A DNA stretch of 64,000 bases from positions 7,542,784-7,606,783 of the forward strand of contig CM121341.1 in NCBI GenBank assembly GCA_051530055.1, in the 5' to 3' direction. The translations under genes and the position numbers were made by a program. Positions 48,031 through 59,200 of the stretch are shown here, piece by piece (positions within the stretch are counted from its first letter, which is position 1; each line of letters opens with the position of its first letter). Source of the stretch: Neoechinorhynchus agilis. Its lineage: Eukaryota; Animalia; Acanthocephala. The notes beneath the pieces were generated by a model, which was given only the letters and a program-made list of their open reading frames with translations, did no database searches and was not told the origin of the DNA.

Positions 48031-48391
48031 GTCTATGCGTTCCTGAGTGGAAGATCAATCCATTTTGATTTATTATATTGATTTCTGTCATAAAAGATCG
48101 GGTGATCACGGATCCGATTATTGTTGACGGTTACAGCGTGCACCAAAGTCCCGGTTTGTCGGAGTCCGCCATACTTTTGTTGTAGCAGCGAAGGGTCCTC
48201 GACATCTCTAAACCTGCGGTGTTTCCAGCCGCATGGAAGCGGATTTTTTTCATTTCTGAACTCACATTACCAGGTTAACGTTTGGATATACACGAGAAAA
48301 CGATAAAAATCACTATGTCGTCGCCTCTAAACGTATTTTTTTCCGTTTGAGTAATCTTTTTTTTTTCAAATAGAACTTTTCCTTTCAGTTT

Positions 48392-51300
48392 ATGTCTATG
48401 GATCAAAAAGCGGTTCTTCCTTCAGCGTCTGACTTTGAAAAACGAGCGATCAATATTCGCCTTGCTACCGATGAGCTTCGGGCGTTTCGACAAAAGGGGG
48501 AAAGACTTCTTAACAGCATTGGGAAACTACGAAGCGCCAACAAGGTTTTGTATCAAGAAGTGTGTGCTGATATGGACAATGCTCGTAAATTGTTGACCAA
48601 TGCTCGTAAAGGTCTTCAAACTCTTTGCTTTCCCAATGAAATGACTATAGTGGACCACAACGACCTCAAGAGTTTGCCACAAAAGGTGCAAGACGTTGCT
48701 GAATTATGGAAGCAGTATAATGCTTTACACGATCAACTTTTGGATATAAAAGATGAAGTCGAGCTGAAATCGGGACAGAAGTCGTCTGTACAGATAGTTT
48801 GTGAAACTAACAACGATATTGGATACCTTATAGACAAATTCAACGCCTTGACTCTTCAATACAATGAGTGCGATCGTAGAAGAAAACTGTTACAACTAAG
48901 CCAAGGGCAGAAAACTGCGGAGGATTGCGGTGAGGAATACCATGAATGGCTTAGAGAAGTTACTAAAGACTTGGAACCCATCGACACAGAATTTGACCCA
49001 GAAACGGTTTATTCATGTAGATCTGGAAGTGATATTCTCTCATCTACAACGGTGAGCGAAACTAAATCGTTAAGTTTTGGGGATTTTTCTCAAATCTGTA
49101 AGGAAGAAGAACCTGCTCGTCCAGCGGTTGTGTTCGAAGATACCAGTGAGAGCTCTAAAGCTCGTCATAGCTTCAGTCAGCTTATCAGAGATATGAGCAA
49201 GTATTTTCACGATAATAGGGTGTTTGCGTTCGATGAACCAGACGAAACTGATGCGAATCATGTTCCGCCGGATAACGAAAGTGAAAAAGTCGATGATTTG
49301 AATTCTACCTTAGTACCAGAAACCACTCAAGTTACTGATGATGTGAAATCTTTGGAGACGCTTCTTAACGATGCGAAGCTTAAAGATCCAATCACGACTT
49401 CGGCATGCGTTGTCACTAATGCTAGTGCCGAAGCGTTGATTGATCAATCACTGAATCCTCGTGTTAGTTTCTTCGGTCTACCCAAGGAAAGATCATTTTC
49501 ATCTACCTCTGGACAAACTTTTACAATACCATCTACAATCACAGTAGGAACATCAGGGAAAATAAGCAGTACAACATCGTTCTTTGGAAACTCAAGGAGC
49601 GATTCAAGTAATTGGAAGACTCCCGTAAGTACAACTCCTTTACTAACCACAGAAACGATGCAACGAGGATTCCTCGGTGATTTTGCCTCAGGGAATGCGG
49701 CTGCGATTGGAAGTGGTGCGCTGGGGTCAACGTCTTGTCCAAATATATTCCCTATGGCGTCATCTACAACTCAAATATTCGGCTCACAAAATACCGGATC
49801 AATGATAACTTCCGTTGAACCATTTTCTACTAACGAACAAATTTCAGAAGGTGAGTTGTCTTCGTCAACAGCTACGACCGATACCACAACGCAATCATCG
49901 TCCTTGGCTATCGCAAAAAATCAAAATTTTTTGATTGGATCGCCTGGGAAACACGGAGTTCGCGATGTACCAACTTCTTTGAACTTATTTTCTCCAAAAG
50001 CCACAATGGAATCATCCGTATCTGATGAATCTAAACGAGCTGATCAATCCGAACACCAAGCACAAACGGCGGTCTTGACGGCTCCTTTAATGGCAAGTGC
50101 TGCGTCGACCTTACCATCATTTACGTTCAATCAGCAAAAACCTATCATACCCGCAGGATCGTTCATCTTCGAAAAACCTGCATCTATCGCCACTGAAACG
50201 ACCCCTTCAAAAATATTTTCTGTATTTAGCAATTCGGAATCAGTGTTTGGACGATCGTCGCAGCTCGAATCACCACCCGGAAAGGCGATTTCTACATCCG
50301 CACAAGTCATCAAATCCGAATCCAGGTCTCCAAATCAGGTGACAGTAGGACTATTTGGAACATTGGCTTCCTCAAACTTCTTCGATGAGCAAGCTTCACA
50401 GGTCCAAACAACCGCCCAATCGAATTCAGGGTCCGCAACCTCGACAACGATTACTGAACCAACTAAAATACTTAGTCCAACAGAAGGACTTTTCACGTCA
50501 GCGACCCCAATCATCTACGATCAACAAGATGCTGAAGTAAAAACAACCCAATCAACATTCGGATTGGGGACCTCTATATCGACTTCAGCATTTAAATCGG
50601 ATACAACAACACCAATCACTGATAATATTTCTGGGCAGTCTTCAAATAGTCCTCTGGTCCCTTCGTCGACGAAAGGGCTAATATCCGGGTCATCAATGAC
50701 CCAGCAGTCGCCCTCACAGTTAGTTACTCCAACAACGATTGGAATTTTCGGCAATCCGACCGTCACTTCATTCAATAAGATGTCACAAAGTCCCACAACT
50801 ACAATACAAAGTCTTCATGGATCCATTTCTCCATCATCATCAAGTTCGTCATTAACAACACAACCGAATAGTGAGATTTTAGGATCACTTGCAACTACCG
50901 TAAGCGGCATATTCGATCAACGAACTAATAGTTCAACATTTGTTTCGCAGAGTACTTTGCCGCAATTTAGTGCCACCGTGAAATGTCAATCAGTAGGAAT
51001 TTTTGGAACCGCTTCTCAAACAAATTCTCTTTTGTACGGGCAGTCTCAAAGTACTCCCGGATCGGTCAGTGCCATTTCCTCGATTAGCGGCGGATTTATC
51101 GGTACAGCCACGGCTCCATCAAGTCCTTTTGGTCAGCCGGCACAAAGTCCCTTGTTCGGCCAATCTGCAAGCGGATCGATTTTCGGATCTACCACCACAG
51201 CGATTGCAGTTTCTTCAACTAATGTTGAGCCTTTCTCTGCAGTCACCACGGTGAATTCAACAGTTCAATCCGCACAAACTCCTTTGTTCGGTCAAGCCAC

Positions 51301-53095
51301 AAGCCAATCGATGTTCGGATCGGCTACCACGACCAATGCGAGCTCAGTTAGTCCTTTTGGCCAGCCGGCACAAACTCCTTTGTTCGGCCAATCTACAAGC
51401 GGATCGATTTTCGGATCTACCACCACAGCGAGTGCAGTTTCCTCGACTAATGTTGAGCCTTTCTCTGCAATCACTACGGCGAATTCAACGGTTCAATCCG
51501 CACAAACTTCTTTGTTCGGCCAACGAACAAGCGCTTCAATGTTCGGATCTCCCTCCACGATCAGTTCGAATTCAACTAGTTCTTTTGGTCAGCCAGCACA
51601 AACTGCCTTGTTCGGTCAAGCCCCAAGCGGTTCCATTTTCGGATCAACCGCAACAACCAATTTAGCTGCAGCACCGGGTGGTGGGAGTCTTTTTGGTCAG
51701 TCTGCACAAACTCCTTTATTTGGTCGTCCCCCGACCGGGTCGATTTTCGGATTTACCACCACGACCATCGCAGCTTCCTCGACTAATGTTGAACCTTTCT
51801 CCACGTCCAATACGGCGAATTCAGCGGTTCAACCCGCACAAAATCCTGTGTTCGGCCAACCCACAAGCGGATCTATTTTCGGATCAACCGCAACAACCAA
51901 TGTAGCTGCGCCACCGGGTGGTGGGAGCCTTTTTGGTCAGTCGGCCCAAACTCCTTTATTTGGTCGTCCTACGAGCGGATCGATTTTCGGATCTGCCACC
52001 ACGACCAGTACGACCAACTCAGCGAGCCCTTTTGGCCAGTCGGCACAAACTCCTTTATTTGGTCGTCCTACGAGCGGATCGATTTTCGGATCTGCCACCA
52101 CGACCAGTACGACCAACTCAGCGAGCCCTTTTGGTCAATCGGTCCAAACTCCTTTATTTGGTCGTCCTACGAGCGGATCGATTTTCGGATCTGCCACCAC
52201 GACCAGTACGACCAATGCAGCGAGCCCTTTTGGTCAATCGGCCCAAACTTCTTTATTTGGTCGTCCTACGAGCGGATCAATTTTCGGACCTACAACCACA
52301 ACCAGCGCAGTTCCATCACCGGGTAGCGGGTTTTTCTCAAAGGTCACTACGGCCAACTCGGCGAGTCCTTTTGGTCAGTCAGCTCAAACTTCTTTGTTCG
52401 GTCAAGTCACAAGCGGATCGATTTTCGGATCAACTGCAACAACCTGTACGAGTTCAGCGAATGTTTTTGGTCAGCCGGCACAAACTTCTCTGTTCGGCCA
52501 ACCTACAAGTGGCTCGATTTTCGGATCAAACGCAACAACCAGTGCTGCTTCAGCAGGTCTTTTTGGTCAGCCGACACAGACTTCTTTGTTCGGCCAACGG
52601 ACAAGCGGATCGATTTTCGGATGTGCCCCCACGATCAGTTCAAATTCAGCGAGTCCTTTTGGTCAGCCGGCGCAAACTTCTTTGTTCGGTCAAGTCACAA
52701 ACGCATCGATTTTCGGATCAACTGCAACAACCAATTTAGCTGCATCAACGGCTGGAGGGGGCCTTTTTGGCCGGTCGGCTCAAACTCCTTTATTTGGTCG
52801 TCCTACGAGCGGATCGATTTTCGGATCGGTCACCTCAAGTTCGCCTCACCAGCTTTTTGGTGCTAATCCTAACAGGTCTGATGGATTGTTCGGTGCAGCT
52901 ACGACAGTGGCTACTGGGCTGTTCGGTCAGCCGGCGCAAAACCAAAATGTTCCTCAGAGTTTATTCGGCTCAGGAGTGCCGATAACCACAACCCAAGAGT
53001 TGAGCTTTGGTGCACTTGCTCAACAGGGATCTGGACTTGGTAGAAGTCCGAATCCAAAATTCACGGGAAGTTCGTTCATGATTCCAAGAAAATGA
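48392..53095 (+). CDS. NUP214: FG-repeat nucleoporin, most like Nup214 (coiled coil, S/T-rich linker, C-terminal FG repeats)
   Basis: 1567-aa ORF with an N-terminal coiled coil and dozens of SIFG/LFG/PFG motifs in the C-terminal third. It ends LSFGALAQQG..FTGSSFMIPRK, similar to Nup214 termini as recalled. No beta-propeller is encoded in this ORF. Confidence 0.65.
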   Translation: MSMDQKAVLPSASDFEKRAINIRLATDELRAFRQKGERLLNSIGKLRSANKVLYQEVCADMDNARKLLTNARKGLQTLCFPNEMTIVDHNDLKSLPQKVQDVAELWKQYNALHDQLLDIKDEVELKSGQKSSVQIVCETNNDIGYLIDKFNALTLQYNECDRRRKLLQLSQGQKTAEDCGEEYHEWLREVTKDLEPIDTEFDPETVYSCRSGSDILSSTTVSETKSLSFGDFSQICKEEEPARPAVVFEDTSESSKARHSFSQLIRDMSKYFHDNRVFAFDEPDETDANHVPPDNESEKVDDLNSTLVPETTQVTDDVKSLETLLNDAKLKDPITTSACVVTNASAEALIDQSLNPRVSFFGLPKERSFSSTSGQTFTIPSTITVGTSGKISSTTSFFGNSRSDSSNWKTPVSTTPLLTTETMQRGFLGDFASGNAAAIGSGALGSTSCPNIFPMASSTTQIFGSQNTGSMITSVEPFSTNEQISEGELSSSTATTDTTTQSSSLAIAKNQNFLIGSPGKHGVRDVPTSLNLFSPKATMESSVSDESKRADQSEHQAQTAVLTAPLMASAASTLPSFTFNQQKPIIPAGSFIFEKPASIATETTPSKIFSVFSNSESVFGRSSQLESPPGKAISTSAQVIKSESRSPNQVTVGLFGTLASSNFFDEQASQVQTTAQSNSGSATSTTITEPTKILSPTEGLFTSATPIIYDQQDAEVKTTQSTFGLGTSISTSAFKSDTTTPITDNISGQSSNSPLVPSSTKGLISGSSMTQQSPSQLVTPTTIGIFGNPTVTSFNKMSQSPTTTIQSLHGSISPSSSSSSLTTQPNSEILGSLATTVSGIFDQRTNSSTFVSQSTLPQFSATVKCQSVGIFGTASQTNSLLYGQSQSTPGSVSAISSISGGFIGTATAPSSPFGQPAQSPLFGQSASGSIFGSTTTAIAVSSTNVEPFSAVTTVNSTVQSAQTPLFGQATSQSMFGSATTTNASSVSPFGQPAQTPLFGQSTSGSIFGSTTTASAVSSTNVEPFSAITTANSTVQSAQTSLFGQRTSASMFGSPSTISSNSTSSFGQPAQTALFGQAPSGSIFGSTATTNLAAAPGGGSLFGQSAQTPLFGRPPTGSIFGFTTTTIAASSTNVEPFSTSNTANSAVQPAQNPVFGQPTSGSIFGSTATTNVAAPPGGGSLFGQSAQTPLFGRPTSGSIFGSATTTSTTNSASPFGQSAQTPLFGRPTSGSIFGSATTTSTTNSASPFGQSVQTPLFGRPTSGSIFGSATTTSTTNAASPFGQSAQTSLFGRPTSGSIFGPTTTTSAVPSPGSGFFSKVTTANSASPFGQSAQTSLFGQVTSGSIFGSTATTCTSSANVFGQPAQTSLFGQPTSGSIFGSNATTSAASAGLFGQPTQTSLFGQRTSGSIFGCAPTISSNSASPFGQPAQTSLFGQVTNASIFGSTATTNLAASTAGGGLFGRSAQTPLFGRPTSGSIFGSVTSSSPHQLFGANPNRSDGLFGAATTVATGLFGQPAQNQNVPQSLFGSGVPITTTQELSFGALAQQGSGLGRSPNPKFTGSSFMIPRK

Positions 53096-53614
53096 TACGT
53101 GAGTGTGATCTGTTATTAAAACCAGGTTCGACGCCAAATGAAAAAAGACTATCGGTAGTTTTGAGTTTGGTTGTTTTAAATTTTCGTTAGTCAAAACAAA
53201 AAACCAGAATGATTCCAGAATTCGCATTCTATCCTTTGAAAGCAGCGATTTTTCTATTTTAAAACTTTGCGCCAGTGTGGACGACTAGGGCTTCTTTCAA
53301 ACTGAAGCAAAAATTGTTTTGGTAATACTTGAAGTATAACGTTTATGCAGCGAACTGGTGAATTTTTTATTAAAACGCAAATGGTAAAAAATCAGTTTCT
53401 ATCACTTAAGTTTCATTTCACAAGTTTAAGCTCCCAGAGGTACATATTTCCTTTACTTTAAATAATGTATTATCATCTCGGTGATTGATAGCTTCCTTTG
53501 ATATCTTATAATAATAACATGTTTTATTTGTTGATTCACAAAGAAGAAGACCCATGCACCTTTAAGTCCTCATAAACACTCGAGTTCTGATTGGAAAATG
53601 AAACTGGCTATTGA

Positions 53615-53960
53615 TTTGAGAAATTGAGATGGAGTTTGTGATTGGTGCAGAAATCTTTTGTGTGTGATTTCTTTAGAGGTTAAAGAAAGGGAGAGGTGGG
53701 GTGGTCAATGGGTGATGAGGGGGATATCATCGGCATATAAGAAAAGCCCTGAGAAAGAGGAGAGAGGTTTGAGGTCGTCTAAGAAAATATTAAAAAGAAG
53801 TAGTGATAGGACGGCACCTTGAGGTACGCCTTTGGTGAGGGATAGGCTGATAGAAGAGGTAGAACGGCAGTGAATGTATTGTTTGCGATTGTGAAGATAA
53901 AATTCAAGCCAGCGGATCTGCTACAAGTTGAGACCAAAATCGGAGAAGGCCCGGAGAAAT
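53615..53960 (-). mobile_element. LINE reverse transcriptase core fragment (CR1/L2/Jockey-group)
   Basis: Minus-strand WLEFYLHNRKQY..TKGVPQGAVLSLLLFNIFLDDL..LFLYADDIPL..DFCTNHKLHLN. Confidence 0.85.
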
Positions 53961-54253
53961 TGAGATGAACATTCTCATAATTTCCACATGCTCAGACTAG
54001 GCTCGTTTTTATAAGAAATTTCGGTTTCCTTGCACGAAATATTACTTTAACGTAATCTGATATCATATATCGATTCTTGGTAAATGTAATGATCGCTTCA
54101 TCACTTTACTTATGCCATTTAGAATCCCTAGCGGTCACGGTTTCACCAATTCGTCAGCGCTTGACCTTAAGAGAAAGTTCAATTTCAAACTGGAGTCCAG
54201 ATCACCATGGTAACCGTGTTCATTAAAAGAAAGCGATCACTTTAAGTGATTCA

Positions 54254-55577
54254 ATGACTTCCAGTTCTCCGGTGAAAGGTAAGCATCGGTAATAAAGAAT
54301 TTCGCCCTTATGAGCCACGATCCTTCAATTTTTTAGACGACCAAACTATGCGGATTACGGCGGACGCAATCAAAGATTGCTGTGAGGATTTCCCTTCATT
54401 GTGCGAGGAAACGTTCGGACGGGATAACGATAAAAAGAAGAGTGCAGGAGGGAAGGGAAAACCGAGAAAGGCTGTAAAAAGACCGGCCGAGAAGACATTG
54501 AAAGCAAAGAAAGGACAAATAAGGCACAAACAGAAAAGGAAAGTGGTTAAACAAAAGAAGATTAAGGTTTCAAAAAAACCGATGAAATCAAAAAAGGCGA
54601 TTGGTGAAAGGAAAAAAGCTGTGATTGATTTGATGGCGGATGTTACTTGTGATCCTAATAACGTTCCTTACTACACCAAAAAACGTCGAGCACTTGGCTG
54701 TTTAGTCAAACGAACGATCATTCAAAAGGAAGATAAAGGACAAACGGGTATAAAGGAGGCCTCTGTAATCGAAGATGTCATGAAATGCCTTCGTTACGAT
54801 TCAATTCCAGTTAATGTACTAAAGAATCGCATTAAATTCACTGTTGATCGATGTGTAGCTGGTGAGCGTCTTATCCGAGGAAGCGGAGGGACCATCAGGA
54901 GTGGACCGAAGATGCGATATCGGTGTGCTCCAGGCATTCCGCTTTTTAAGTCAAGTATTTTGCCAAAACCAAAGGTAAATAAAACGAACCAGAAGAGAAA
55001 AGGGAAACCCCGATTCAGTCCTAAGACTAAAAACAAACCAATCGGTCCAGTTTCCAATAATGCACTCAAACAAACAAATAGAAAACGTCAAAAGATGGGT
55101 AAGACTTCTGAAAGACGAAGAGGCCGATCTACTAAAGCAATTGAACCGAAGGCAAGGACAGCAAAGATGAAAATTGAACTTAAGAGGGCGAATGTTGTGA
55201 GTAAAACAGCGAAGAGATCATCTCTAAAATCAGGCAAGGAAAAGGCGATAAAAGGAATTAAAAGGCAAGTGTCACTTTATGCTCTAAAATCGAAACGGGC
55301 CAGAATGAGTCCAAGTTCAAAGAAGAAAACAAATCTCAGGAGACGTGTGAAATCTGAAAAGAAAGGTCAGACAAGAACTGAAACTAAATCAAGAGAAGTT
55401 AAACGATTAGACGCCCAAATTTTGAACGTTGCTGCTAACGATTTGACCGACGTCAAAGGCGACGGTGAACAAATAACGCCGGACACAGTAGGCAAGTTTG
55501 TATTTGGACAAAAATTACCATCTTTGCATCGCTTAAATTTGGGACGAGCTCAACGAAGTCAGCTCAAATTAAGCTGA
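54254..55577 (+). CDS. Highly basic linker-histone H1-like / sperm nuclear basic protein with a divergent H15 winged-helix core
   Basis: Lys/Arg-rich arms flank LVKRTIIQKEDKGQTG..SVIEDV..RIKFTVDRCVAGERLIRGSGGTIRSG, which follows the H15 pattern. An upstream exon MTSSSPVK is joined by a GT..AG intron. The start codon is uncertain. Confidence 0.55.
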
Positions 55578-55850
55578 TATTTTTTATTATTTAATAAGAA
55601 TTTTGATTGAGATGTGATTCAACATTTTAAACACATTTCTTGAATGAGTGATTTCGAGCCTTTTTTTTACTAAAATACAGTTATTTTCTTTTAGTGTCGG
55701 ATCAATATCAAAGTTCGCTCGGTTTTCCTGGCAGTGAAAACTCATCGACTTAATTACAATTATTTTATGCAGCCAGCGGATCATAGCCACCCTTTCCGAG
55801 CTCATAAATAGATAATAATAAGACGTTTATTTGTGAGTTAACCAAGCAAA

Positions 55851-56480
55851 GGGCCCATGTATCTTTGGGTCCCCCGGACATTCTAATGCGCAGGAAAGAT
55901 TGAGGTTGGGTCTTTCGTCCGGTTCATGATAATTTAAATTTTGATGTCCAAACAGATCTTGAACGTTGTTTCGTTTTTTGTGGTACAAATGTTTTTGTTC
56001 TGTTAGTTGATTTTGGTTGGTTAATTTGTTAGGTTGTTGTTTTCCGTTCTTTAATCCGAATCAATTCGCATTTGGAGGATTGAGCAGTGGTTAAGAAAGA
56101 GCGAAGGTAGAGATTTGTGCGAGGAACTGAAAAATGGAAAATGCTGGAGCGACGCGAGTGTTGTAAGTGTGAGTAAAAGGAGAAATGAGAGGTAGAAATC
56201 GAAGAGTACGAAGAGAATGAAGACGCTTTGAGTTCTTTTGAAAGATTAGAGAGAGGTGTTCTTCTAAGGGCGGGAGATCGGAGGATCAGATTAGAGCGCA
56301 TATCTTGTGAAACGGTGTTAAAATTTTTTTGAATAGATTAGAAGAAAAATTGCAGAAGGTTGGATATGCGAGTAGGCGAGCGTTGATTGGATGGCGATGT
56401 TATAAAAGTACTTAAGGTCTTTGGATGAAGAAGATAGAGATTAATGGATCCTTTGTGCAACAAAGTTGATATGTGCTTCT
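55851..56480 (-). mobile_element. LINE 3' portion (post-RT region, C-terminus, terminal hairpin)
   Basis: Frameshifted minus-strand LKWEKHISTLLHK, FYNIAIQSTLAY..HRFTRYAL and SVPRTNLYLRSFL. Hairpin variant GGGCCCATGTATCTTTGGGTCCCC at about 55851-55875. Confidence 0.7.
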
Positions 56481-56609
56481 CCCACTTAAGATTTTTCTGA
56501 AAATGGATGCCAAGTATACGAACAGGGGAGACACGATTGATAGGAAAAGGAAGAAGCGGTTGATCGGAAGGGCGATTTGAGTTTGAGATGACGGTTTCGA
56601 AGCACTTGG

Positions 56610-56905
56610 TTACGCCATAAGACGGCGAAAGCTCCCGGAAATAAAGATACTCCTTTTATCATTACAACTTCGCCCTCTAACAAAAACTGATAAAAGGACT
56701 TGGGATCTCCTAAATTTGAATTAATAAATCAGTCTCTATTATCTCAATCACCAGGGAACACAAATGAACAACTTCTTTACATCATCAGGACAAAGCTTAA
56801 GAACCGTTCAAGAAACACGACGGCGCGAAAGCTCCCGGAAAAAAAGATTCTCTTTTTATCATTACAACATCGTCCTCTAAAAACACGGCTAAACTGAAAA
56901 AATCA
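56610..56905 (-). repeat. Two degenerate partial monomers of satellite C in reverse orientation
   Basis: The reverse complement reads GTTGTAATGATAAAA..ATCTTTATTTCCGGGAGCTTTCGCCGTCTTATGGC, matching the satellite C core. Confidence 0.8.
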
Positions 56906-57331
56906 ATCGTTTCAATATTTCGAATCAACAAATCGAAGCATTTTTTGTGCTATATATCAAATTTTTAAACAGGATTCTAAATTAAAAACAAGTTGCTCAA
57001 ATTTCAGAATTCGGGTTTTCACGTTGAATCAATCCAGTTATTTCTTTTTGACAACTAAGTTCCATGGAATCGTTTCTAATGGTTTTGAATCCTTTGTAGA
57101 GAGCACAGCAGCAGAAAAAGGTCATTGAAAAGGCCATCATTCCCGTGTTCAATAGTTGATTAACGCTCATCCGTCGGAGAATAAAGTTGAACATTTTCGG
57201 GATCTCACAATTAAAAAAATCCATCAAATATTACACAATAGAAATCTTCGTTCTTTCGCACTGTTAAAATCTCGATTTTGCTTTCTTAACGTCCGGAAAT
57301 CTTGTGGAAAAATCATTGTAACTTTAACGAG

Positions 57332-57470
57332 ATGAGTTATTCGGAATTGGGAGATCATCTTATGAGGGCAGCAGAATTCCTTAGTCCTTATTATGAGTTT
57401 TTAAACACTCATAATGTTGATTTTCTTCTGAACGATAACTGGAACCGTTTTTTGCCTCAGCCGATATTGA
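57332..57470 (+). CDS. METTL25: First exon of a METTL25-like methyltransferase; remainder not found in the window
   Basis: MSYSELGDHLMRAAEFLSPYYEFLNTHNVDFLLNDNWNRFLP resembles the METTL25 N-terminus (FL..ISNAHTVDF..VW..LP) as recalled. Confidence 0.55.
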
Positions 57471-57639
57471 TTCTTGATTTTTTTATTTAATTGGAATGAA
57501 ATGGATGAACAGTTCGTTCCCAGTTTCTCTATACGATGAGTTTTTCCTCCTCGAGATTTACATGCGAATTTTCGAGGCCTCAACCTCATTATCAAGCATC
57601 TAAAATCACATGTCGAAGGAGAGTTCATTTGATCCCTGG

Positions 57640-58320
57640 ACGTTGGACCATCAATTTCCGAGGTGACGCTTCACCCCATGCGCTACTGATCCACGGAGGT
57701 TATTTGCCGGAAAAACAACAACGAAGTTGTTCTTGTTCTTTTTCATTGTCCTCTCCGCGTTGATGAGAAGAGTTCCATTGATCAGTCTTCTTTGGAGCCC
57801 GTTCGCCACCATTTTCACCTTCGTCCCTCTGGAAGTCGATTTGCACGGCTTGGTTGAAAATCGCCGAAGACACGTCACTCCCTTTGGAGTTCGTATTTAT
57901 GATCTCTTTCCCAAATACCCTGCTTCGTTTGTCCAATGTCCTTGCAGGCGGCAGAGTAGACCACGCAATCATTTTCCTTGAGTTGCTCCGAATTCGACTT
58001 GAAAACGCTGTTCAAATTCACTCCCGCCGAGTAGTACGGCATGAGATTCACCGAACTCGATTTCTTCGCAATGTGAGAGAGGAGGTTTCTCATTTTTGAA
58101 GAATTGTAATGAACTCAAATGAATCTCGCTTTCTCGCTCGACTTTTCCCTTCTGCATGGACCAGTGCCTTCTTCCGTATTTTTCAAGCATTTCAAATCGC
58201 TGCTAATCCACACACTTTCTTAAGCTTCTTCCTAATCCTCACGCGGTAACTGATTTCGCACGAGATAGTCCGTCCAAGGCTTCATGGGTCGTCTTCGCCT
58301 CATCCACTTGTTCCCGTTGG
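57640..58320 (-). mobile_element. Decayed Penelope-like element fragment (RT C-terminus and GIY-YIG endonuclease)
   Basis: Frameshifted minus-strand LMPYY..VFKSN..LKENDCVVYSAACKDIGQTKQ..SSAIFNQAVQIDF..KVKMVANGLQRRLINGTLLIN follows the Penelope GIY-YIG layout (VVY.I.C..C...YIGQT..SA..H..ID..KI..RLI.E..I). Confidence 0.6.
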
Positions 58321-58379
58321 TTAGGATCTCGAAAAATTACTGAAATCAATTATTTAGTGTTGATATGGAAGCGAAAACT

Positions 58380-59200
58380 ATTTCGCAAATGGGATTTGAG
58401 TGTCGCAAATTACGCCGGTCAGCCTCTTCGGTTTCAAGCAACCGCTTTGAATTCCAGCCTTTACGTCTGCACTCATATCGCTCGCAGAATTAACTATGGA
58501 CCCAAATAGCGGAAGTTGTTTTGACGATTTAGGGCTCTTCGCTGCAGACTGACATCATCGGGCCCCACATAAACTGTCTTTTCCCATCAAATCATTGGGC
58601 CACATTATCTTCGAGCGACTCTCTCCATTTCTCGAGATCCTCGTTCGTCCACGAACATTATGTTTCAATTGAGTCCTCTGCTCACGCTACTGATTATCTC
58701 GTTCAGTACAAGTACAAACAATTAACGACTAAGAGAAGTGCAAACCAACATTTACTTGGAAAGACTCAGTTTCCCCAACAAGCGTTCGGATGTTTCCCTC
58801 CTATCATTTATCGCCTGAACATACTGTTCAGGACACAGCTTTCTCCTCAAACACGACCAAACCAATCGCCTCGGTACCGTGTCGAACGCTTTTTCGAGAT
58901 CCACAAAAACGCAATGGAGCTTCTTTTGCTTATCGTGGCATTTCTCGAATAGCTGTTGCATTGCGAGAATAGCCCAGCTCCTCCGGGCATTCTGGTCGTC
59001 CCGAATGGTTGTCTCGCTTCTTATCCGCTTATCGATGTTCCTTTCGAACACTTTCAGTGTGTGGCATATTAGTTCGATCGCTCGATAATTGGTACATGAC
59101 TGAATATCGGCTTTCTGCTTCAAAATCAGAATGCTTCGTCTCCACTCGTCCGGTATTCGGCCCGTCCGTATGATTTGTCGAATGAGCTTCGCCAAGTGGG
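58380..59200 (-). mobile_element. Decayed RTE-clade LINE reverse transcriptase fragment
   Basis: GRIPDEWRRS..DIQSCTNYRAIELICHTLKVFER..VFVDLEKAFDTVPR, then frameshifted LFVLVLNEI..EKWRESLE..FRYLGS..LTGVICDTQIP. Confidence 0.9.

Noticed and set aside
49070-55069. Antisense and alternative-frame ORFs overlapping the nucleoporin and H1-like genes (likewise those over SUCLG2, GLRX5 and neurabin)
   Set aside because: They are shadow ORFs produced by codon bias and repeats in the real coding frame.
57875-58093. GIWERDHKY resemblance to RNA polymerase III subunit RPC6
   Set aside because: The surrounding frames fit a frameshifted Penelope GIY-YIG region better, and no other RPC6 motifs are present.
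57458-59112. 10-bp inverted match AGCCGATATT / AATATCGGCT linking the METTL25 exon end to 59103
   Set aside because: The second arm is conserved RTE coding sequence (KADIQ), and no METTL25 coding sequence follows it.
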